From: Schmidtea polychroa
Taxonomy: Eukaryota
Direction: 5' to 3'
DNA length: 64,000 nucleotides
Assembly (NCBI GenBank): GCA_044892525.1
Contig: CM097888.1
Location: 1,922,001 to 1,986,000 of the forward strand
In this document: positions 56,501 through 64,000 of the stretch, piece by piece
Numbering within the stretch: position 1 is the stretch's first letter
How the letters are laid out: every line of letters starts with the position of its first letter
Notes under the pieces: model-generated
The model's input: only the letters and a program-made list of their open reading frames with translations
What the model was told of the DNA's origin: nothing
The model's database searches: none
Translations under genes and position numbers: made by a program

Positions 56501-59500
56501 TAACAAATCTTTTTCGTGGACCATGTCTGGGTGAAATCTTTAAATCTAAGAAAAGCACCTCTGACTAAATTTTGCACATTTTGCACTTAAAAATCAAACA
56601 CGCAATAACTCATCAGCAGGGGGAGGGGGTATATATGCGCGATAACTCATACTGATTGATGGGGCTAAAAACCAAAGGGGTTGTTTTGGTCTCAGGTATT
56701 TTCTTAATGGGTAGTTGGTTAAGTCAATGTAAAAATCACACTATAGTTAGGGAAATTGTAGTCTCATGGATTTTTGGCATAGATTTTGGCCTTCGATAGA
56801 TAGCACAAGGTTTTATGTACAGACAATTGTGGTCCCACTATTTTCTATAGGAAACAAAATGGCTTCAGTCATATTCAGTCGTAGAATGTTTGAATAAGTA
56901 GATTAAGAGTAATATTATTTAAAATAAATAATTTAAGGTTATATTAATTAGTAAAGGAAATTAAAATAATGTATTATAAGAACGTCTGATTTCTTTTCAA
57001 TTGATATTGTATTTATTAAAAGATTGACTATGAATCAATACATATATCGATGTTTTTACTGATTCATAATCAATTTTTTAATAAATATAAAGTAATGTAG
57101 TTTAAAAAAGTAAATTAAATTTAGGCAAACTCGGGAAGTTTAAAGATGAAAGTGACTTTAAATTTTGACTTTCAACTTAAAAAATGTATCAATTTAATAA
57201 TTAAATTTACGGACCCATCAGTCTTGAATAGGGAAAAGGAGTTAACGATTAAAGTTATTCCAGCTAAAGATTCCAATACTTTGATATTGTACGATACAGG
57301 AGTCGGTAGGATCAAAGCTGAACTCATCAACAGACTTGGTACAATCGCCAGATCAGTTATCAAAGCTTTCCTGGAAGCCTTGACTGCTGGGGCAGATATT
57401 TCTATGATTGGTCTATTTGGTGTCGCTTTCAGTAAATATATTTGTTCGAATTAGTTTTATGTTCCTACAGGGAGCAAAGGTGAAGATTATGGCGTATGGA
57501 GAAATTTAGAAAACGGATGGTAAAGTAAATGAATTCGCCAAGCTATCGGATATTATAATAAAGTGTGCTTTTGTCATGATTGCACATTTGAATTTTTAAA
57601 AAAACATGCAAACTTTGCTAATGTCATCCACACGCGTTATTGCATTAAATTAATTAACCTTCCTCGGCTTTTCGGGGCATTTCAAACGAAGGTCTCAATT
57701 TTTTTCTATGAACAGAGGAAGGCTAATAATGATGTTAATGATTATATACAAATCGCAATATTATCCAGGAAATATTCCTATAAATGGGCCATTTTGACTC
57801 GTAGGTTTTCTTTGAGTCGAGGAAATTTAAACTGACAAAACTAAATTTTCCAAAAAAAATTAATCAGTGAAAATGTTAAAATTTATTGATTTTTACTGGA
57901 TTATTTATTTATGTTGGATTTTTATTCCTTTATTAAAAGCCTCACATAAATAGCTTTTAAAACTTGATGTCATAAACACAAAGCTTTTGTAAACTATTGA
58001 AATATATTAAAATGTTCTTAAATTTAAAATTTCCCAATAATTAAAAAATGAATATTGAAAATTCCAAATCAAGAAATGATCGAATTAAAATTTGAAAAAC
58101 GGATCAGATGTAAATGAGAGGATGGGAGACATCATGGCGAAAAGGATTCATCAGAATATGTTCAAAAAGGGTCAAAATACAAGAAAACGTAGAAAAACAG
58201 GAAATCGGTAATTAATTGATTAATTAATTAATTAAAGGAAAACCCGAGTTAAGTAAACAGAACGACATGAGTAATGTGAAAACGGGAAAAGATTATCACT
58301 AGGGAGACGTACAGTGAGACAATTCATTTTTTCTTTGGAAAGAAAAAAAATAAAAATGGGCAAGAGGCAAAAACTTGTCAAACGAAGACAGTCTAGTTGA
58401 AAAGCCATTAATCAATGCGATTATTTCAACTATATAAGGGAACTCAAATTTAGAAACAATCTTCAGGTAGGGACCGACAATTTGACAATAGGGTTAAAGG
58501 GACAATCAAAGTAGGAAGATAGAAATAACGGGAAGGAATATAAAAAACCAAGTCGAGTCAAATGATTAAAGAAAAGAGGTGATTATTGTTGTAGAAAATG
58601 CAGAATCAAAGCGGTTACAGCGAGACTTATTGAATATTTAGATTAGGCATTTTATTGCGATATTCAGAGTTTTGTGAATTGAGTAGATAAATTGAAACGT
58701 TTATGACTGTCTTCAATGTGCTGTGATACAATTGCTTATGTAATATTATTCTTTTCATAATTTTGGTACTTTCCGTGGATGTCCCTTTACTTATTGGTAT
58801 ATTTGTAGGTTATTTATTTATTGTAATAGAAGAATATAGAAATTTATCCTAAAATATTTTCAATATTATTTTAGTAAAAAATGTTCTAGAAGCAAAAACC
58901 AATTCATCTGGCTTGTAGCAGTGGGAATACAGATATTGTCAAATTACTGATTGACCACGGTTCCGATTTAGAATGCGTAGATCGCTCGGTAACCCTGTTT
59001 ATGACATTTTCTGTTTAAATAGCTCATTAGAACAAGCGGCCGATTCATTATGCCTGTGAGAATGGAAACCTTGATTTGATAAAAACCTTAGTCCATAACA
59101 ACTGTGCTCTTCGTTGCAAGAACCATGTAAGTGCTACTAATTTTAACATTTACAATTAATACTTAATTCCTGATAAATTTATTTGCGATTTCAAAGATAT
59201 TGCACATGTTTTGTTTCAATGTTCCCATTTATTATAGTTAATTATTTGAAATGGATATCTTAAATGGGCAATTGAAGAATGACGATATTACTTTGTTTTC
59301 TTCAAGAATAATGCTGTTGACATCAGAATTTCATAAAGGAAAATTAATATTATAAGATCGCAAAAAAAAGTTTTTATAGAATTTGGCAGATTTGAGCCTG
59401 TAATTGATTATAATTAATCAACAATCAATGTAAATAATAATTTTAGAGTAACTTAATTTTAATCGATAACATAATATTTTTATTTCAATGTCATCGGGAA

Positions 59501-62500
59501 CTCTATTTGTTTAATAGCAATGGTAATCGCAACTGGTATACAGACAATTTATCACTTCATTTATTTTTAATTAATAAATATAATTTTTTTAAATAAACGA
59601 TTACAAATGGATTCATCTGAATTTGGAGTTTCTTTAAGGGGAAAACAAACACAGTAATTTTTGAAAATTTTGAATATAATAAGCATCGAAACAACAAAGA
59701 TGGTACTATTCAGTGGAGATGTAAGTTTTATCCAAAGTTTGGTTGTAAGGCTACAATAACAACTGATGATAGCAGAGTGGTCAATAAAAATATTTTATCT
59801 CACAATCACACTGGTAATATAGAGCGTTCGTTAGCAAGAATTGCAGTTCAAGAAATGAAAAATCGTACATTAACTACTGCTGAAAATCAAAAATTTTATT
59901 ATTGGGTCCGTAAACGAAACGATAACTCCTCAAATAATGCTAGGACTTGCGAAAAAAAACAATCTCTTAAAAGAACATTACAACGAGCCAAGGCTTCAAA
60001 TAATCCTCTTAACGATCTCAGGTTGTAGCGTGATGAAATGTCACAAAACCATCGCAACTAAATCTGGGACAATGCACATTTAGTTGAAATATCAGTTTAA
60101 TTAATTAATTTAACTTCAAATAAATAAAATATAAAATATGTGGATAATTATTATTATTGTAATTTATTATTTTAATTTTTAATNNNNNNNNNNNNNNNNN
60201 NNNNNNNNNNNNNNNNNNNNNNNNNNNNNNNNNNNNNNNNNNNNNNNNNNNNNNNNNNNNNNNNNNNNNNNNNNNNNNNNNNNNNNNNNNNNNNNNNNNN
60301 NNNNNNNNNNNNNNNNNNNNNNNNNNNNNNNNNNNNNNNNNNNNNNNNNNNNNNNNNNNNNNNNNNNNNNNNNNNNNNNNNNNNNNNNNNNNNNNNNNNN
60401 NNNNNNNNNNNNNNNNNNNNNNNNNNNNNNNNNNNNNNNNNNNNNNNNNNNNNNNNNNNNNNNNNNNNNNNNNNNNNNNNNNNNNNNNNNNNNNNNNNNN
60501 NNNNNNNNNNNNNNNNNNNNNNNNNNNNNNNNNNNNNNNNNNNNNNNNNNNTGGAAAATCTTTTCATTAAATACATTATTCGCAACAAAAGGCTTAAATT
60601 ATCATTTTATTGTTTTAAATAATAAATGCTGCTTCCAAGAAATAATCACTTTATACTTTACATAAAAATATTATATTAAAAATTTACCCACATTTTATTC
60701 AAAGAACATTTCCAGTTGTGTAATAATCTTCACTCATCTTATATGAATTTTAGCTGTTGTTATAATCTTTCCAGTTGATATTTCTTGAATCTCAATTTTT
60801 GTTTGGATGGATAAATGGAAGCTAGTTTGTTTAATAAAACAATGTTTATAGCGGAAAACCTTGATAAAGGCAGTGCTGGAAATTTGTGTTACATAATAAA
60901 ATAATTGTTTGATCTATAGTAGTAATGAAAATAAATTAAATGTCAAAAGATTACAAAAAAACAGATCGAACAAGAAAATGAAGATTTACCATCTTTGGCC
61001 TTTGTTGCAATTGCTCTTCGAAATAAAAATATGACTAGCTAATATTTGAAGGTTTCAAGATTGATGTCTGGCTAAAGCGTATTAATAATACATATTCATT
61101 ACTTCGCCATAGCAGACATTTCTCTGGGAGCATAACATCATTTATTATATAATTTTTACTATATTCTGATACCAATAAAATATGGCTTCCTTTATATTGT
61201 TTATATTTGATTTCCTAATCTTTTGACTTTAAATAAATAAATTTAAAATTGATTTGACCAATCAGATTTATTATCAGATTATTAAGAAACCTTGAAAATT
61301 ATTAATTGATTATATGATAATAAAATTTTTTATTTAATTTCTTTTAAATCTTCTATATATTTGCCTGTGTTTTATAATAAATACACAAATAAAGTGCAAA
61401 AAATTGAAATAAAAACAAAACTTACCAATCCAAATTCAATTTATCCTAATCCTAAAGTTCTGAATTGACTATTATGGCTTGATTTTGTCACTAAATATGA
61501 AATAATAATTATAACATCAATCTTGATTTTACCTTACATGGACCATTGTCATTACCTTTTGATCTTATACTTTGCATGCACTATTAATGATTATTGTATG
61601 ATTGGGTAATTATCTACAATTATTGATTATTGTATGATTGGGTAATTATCTACAATTATTGTATGATTGGGTAATTATCTACAATTATTGTATGATTGGG
61701 TAATTATTTACAATTATTGATTATTGTATGATTGGGTAATTATTTACAATTATTGATTATTGTATGATTGGGTAATGATCTACAATTATTGATTATTGTA
61801 TGATTGGGTAATGATCTACAATTATTGATTAGTGTATGATTGGGTAATTATCTACAATTATTGATTATTGTATGATTGGGTAATTATCTACAATTATTGT
61901 ATGATTGGGTAATTATTTACAATTATTGATTATTGTATGATTGGGTAATTATTTACAATTATTGATTATTGTATGATTGGGTAATGATCTACAATTATTG
62001 ATTATTGTATGATTGGGTAATGATCTACAATTATTGATTAGTGTATGATTGGGTAATTATCTACAATTATTGATTATTGTATGATTGGGTAATTATCTAC
62101 AATTATTGATTAGTGTATGATTGGGTAATTATCTATATGAAAATAACAAAATAATTCTAATTTTTAAACATTTTGAAGTAACGTGGTTTAAAAGCCGAAA
62201 GAATAACCACAAAAAGGGAAGAAATTGAGAAACTGGAGAAATAGAAAAGAATAGGCCAAAAAATGGAGGAACAATACTAAATATAGGTGTTATCTTACCA
62301 AATCATGAATGGGAAATTCACCCTTGGTAAACTCCTATATTCAATACACCCATATATCAACTGGTGTTGCGATTGCGTTTAAACAAAATAAATATTATTA
62401 TGTGTTGGGTTGAAATTATTTGATTGAGGGGAGGTGCGGAGTCAGTATAAATCAATCCTATAATAGTTATAAAATCCATTACAATTCTCTATAATTTATC

Positions 62501-64000
62501 TTTTCCTTATTCCTATTTCCTGAATATGAAATAATTAATTTCAACTAACAAATTATTATCATATTCCATAAATTAATTTATATGAAATTTGGAAGCATCT
62601 ATTTTTTGAAGGAATATTTCTAAATGATTAGCAATGAGTTTGATTGTATTTTATTGATTTATCTATGAATATTATCGATTTTCAATATCTTATTGATTTG
62701 ATATATTGGATTGATTTATCTATGAATATTATCGATTTTCCATATTGATTTGATTTGATTGTATTGGATTGATTTATCTATGAATATTATCAATTTTCAA
62801 TATCTTATTGATTTGATTGTATTGGATTGATTTATCTATGAATATCGATTTTCAATATTGATTTGATTTGATTGTATTGGATTGATTTATCCATGAATAT
62901 TATCGATTTTCAATATTGATTTGATTGTATTGGATTGATTTATCTATGAATATTATCGATTTTCCATATTGATTTGATTTGATTGTATTGGATTGATTTA
63001 TCTATGAATATTATCAATTTTCAATATCTTATTGATTTGATTGTATTGGATTGATTTATCTATGAATATCGATTTTCAATATTGATTTGATTTGATTGTA
63101 TTGGATTGATTTATCTATGAATATTCTCGATTTTCAATATTGATTTGATTGTTTTGGACTGATTTATCCATGAATATTATCGATTTTCAATATCTTATTG
63201 ATTTGATTGTATTAGATTGATTTATCTATGAATATCGATTTTCAATATTGATTTGATTTGATTGTATTGGATTGATTTATCCATGAATATTATCGATTTT
63301 CAATATTGATTTGATTGTATTGGATTGATTTATCCATGAATATTATCGATTTTCAATATCTTATTGATTTGATTGTATTGGATTGATTTATCTATGAATA
63401 TTCTCGATTTTCAATATTGATTTGATTGTATTGGACTGATTTATCCATGAATATTATCGATTTTCAATCTTATTAATTTGATTAGATCTTATTTCATTAA
63501 TACTTTGATCTCTACAAGAATGAAAAATATAAATTCATAGGCTGAAAGTACTCCAGTGGATATTCTGAAGAGATTTGGATATGGCGGCTGCGTTGAATTC
63601 CTTACTAAAGTATTGGATAAAAATCGCGAAGTTCATTTTGATTTACAACTGAAATTTCAGTTGAATATTCCATATTTAGATATTTCATAGTGTTAGAAAT
63701 GAGGACCCCGTGAAATTCCAGGAATTATATGATCCTCATACGTTGTTTGCACTGGAATATGAAGTGAACATTAATAATACAATTCATATTTTATTGATGC
63801 CTATTTAGACGGGTCTATCGGTTTTGGAAATAGCTGCAAGGAACCATTCTTCCAGAATCACCAAGTGTATTTTTGACCAACCAATTAATGACCAAGTTCT
63901 AATTATTAGGGATTTTCATCAATTTATTGGATTTTTTATAGGAAATATCCTTTTTCAAAAATGCTTTAAACGATTTGAAAAATGAAGAAAGGCTTCTTTT
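41062..64000 (+). CDS. Ankyrin-repeat protein with at least 17 canonical and ~3 degenerate repeats, one repeat per exon; continues past the window end
   Basis: Exons 41062-41072, 41118-41223, 41274-41375, 41627-~41719, 41761-41859, 41909-42007, 42978-43082, 43125-43223, 43271-43372, 43427-43525, 48079-48177, 48228-48329, 48379-48477, 48531-48629, 55613-55711, 55760-55858, 55909-56007, 58890-58988, 59031-59126, 62287-62376, 63541-63630, 63680-63763, 63809-63895, 63942-. Repeats read e.g. RPIHYACxxGxxxIVxxLIxxxCDIxC; GT-AG, phase-0 introns after exon 2; no stops. Confidence 0.9.
42240..42870. repeat. AT-rich ~120-bp tandem repeat, ~5 copies, intronic
   Basis: Repeated AATCACAATAAACATCGA...CATTAACTGTAACTTTAAT. 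Confidence 0.8.
43540..43930 (-). mobile_element. LTR-retrotransposon 5' relic (LTR end, PBS, gag start)
   Basis: Minus strand AATAAA...CTAACA|TGGCGACCACG (PBS-like), then gag-like [23 protein letters not shown]. Confidence 0.6.
44100..45200 (+). mobile_element. Penelope-like RT fragment split by a 580-bp insertion
   Basis: [18 protein letters not shown] and FLHYMNSLH on the left; FLDLLIQR...[11 protein letters not shown]...[13 protein letters not shown] on the right; removing the insert restores FTCETEKNHRL(P)FLD. Confidence 0.85.
44344..44923 (-). pseudogene. RNF126: Intronless, 3'-truncated RNF126/RNF115-like E3 ligase copy
   Basis: N-terminal zinc finger [19 protein letters not shown]; [28 protein letters not shown]; frameshifted RING-H2 remnant [19 protein letters not shown]; 7-bp TSD ACATGTG. 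Confidence 0.85.
46661..48000. repeat. 27-bp tandem repeat, ~50 copies, open in one frame on each strand
   Basis: Unit ATTATTATTCAT(A/T)GGCCCATTTCTGTG; minus frame MNNNHRNGP, plus frame IIIH(R/W)PISV. Confidence 0.95.
48773..54745. repeat. 54-bp GC-rich satellite, ~110 copies, in an ankyrin intron
   Basis: Unit CAGTGGCGCAGCTACCATATAGCAAGGGTAAGCAATGCACAGGGGCCCACAAGG with a few biallelic sites and occasional 53-bp units. Confidence 0.97.
54765..55333 (-). mobile_element. Truncated LTR, family B
   Basis: Ends in TTTAGGTATCCTCAACA exactly like 1407-1423; shares ATCTCTGACAG..TCGAGAT and CTTTGTACTTTTTAA. Confidence 0.7.
56148..56397. repeat. Diverged direct duplication, ~146-bp period
   Basis: Two copies of TTAATTCCT.GGAGAACCAAGAAA...GGATGTCTCGACTAAATATG. 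Confidence 0.8.
57209..57430 (+). pseudogene. HSP90: HSP90 N-terminal ATPase fragment, decayed
   Basis: [18 protein letters not shown]...[46 protein letters not shown], with substitutions in invariant motifs; no other HSP90 parts nearby. Confidence 0.85.
57968..58730 (+). mobile_element. Probable LTR-like relic, boundaries unresolved
   Basis: Purine-rich, CTATATAAGG TATA-like box, GGACAATCAAAG shared with family B; no TSD found. Confidence 0.35.
59607..60028 (+). mobile_element. MULE-like transposase N-terminal FLYWCH zinc-finger relic
   Basis: [35 protein letters not shown]...SHNH, with a frameshift near the start. Confidence 0.7.
61590..62135. repeat. 36/29-bp minisatellite, ~15 copies
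   Basis: Unit ATTATTGTATGATTGGGTAATTATCTACAATTATTG. Confidence 0.92.
62640..63480. repeat. ~50-58-bp minisatellite, ~15 copies
   Basis: Unit TTGATTTATCTATGAATATTATCGATTTTCAATAT(CTT)ATTGATTTGATTGTATTGGA. Confidence 0.92.

Overview
AT-rich (roughly 70-75% AT by eye) eukaryotic genomic DNA with four N-gaps and ~40-50 bp minimal introns; the GW182/TNRC6-like gene points to an animal, but the species cannot be determined. Host genes: an intronless divergent AGC-like kinase (3463-5265) downstream of three solo LTRs; a small putative minus-strand gene (5583-~7000); a compact GW182/TNRC6-like gene (8031-34639: W-rich N-terminus, UBA, N-rich region, RRM); and a long plus-strand ankyrin-repeat gene (41062 to beyond 64000) with one repeat per phase-0 exon. 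The large introns hold Penelope-like (PLE), Helitron, pogo, hAT, piggyBac, MULE and Gypsy relics, satellites and gene fragments (RNF126/115, HSP90). Most notable: a variant-core minimal hammerhead-like fold in a PLE terminal region; an RNF126-like sequence inserted into a PLE reverse transcriptase with a 7-bp TSD and atypical polarity; a 6-kb satellite apparently built from a hAT-like terminus; and a 27-bp repeat whose variants are partly synonymous in an N-rich antisense ORF. No CRISPR array, rRNA or tRNA was found. All calls come from manual reading; no databases were searched.
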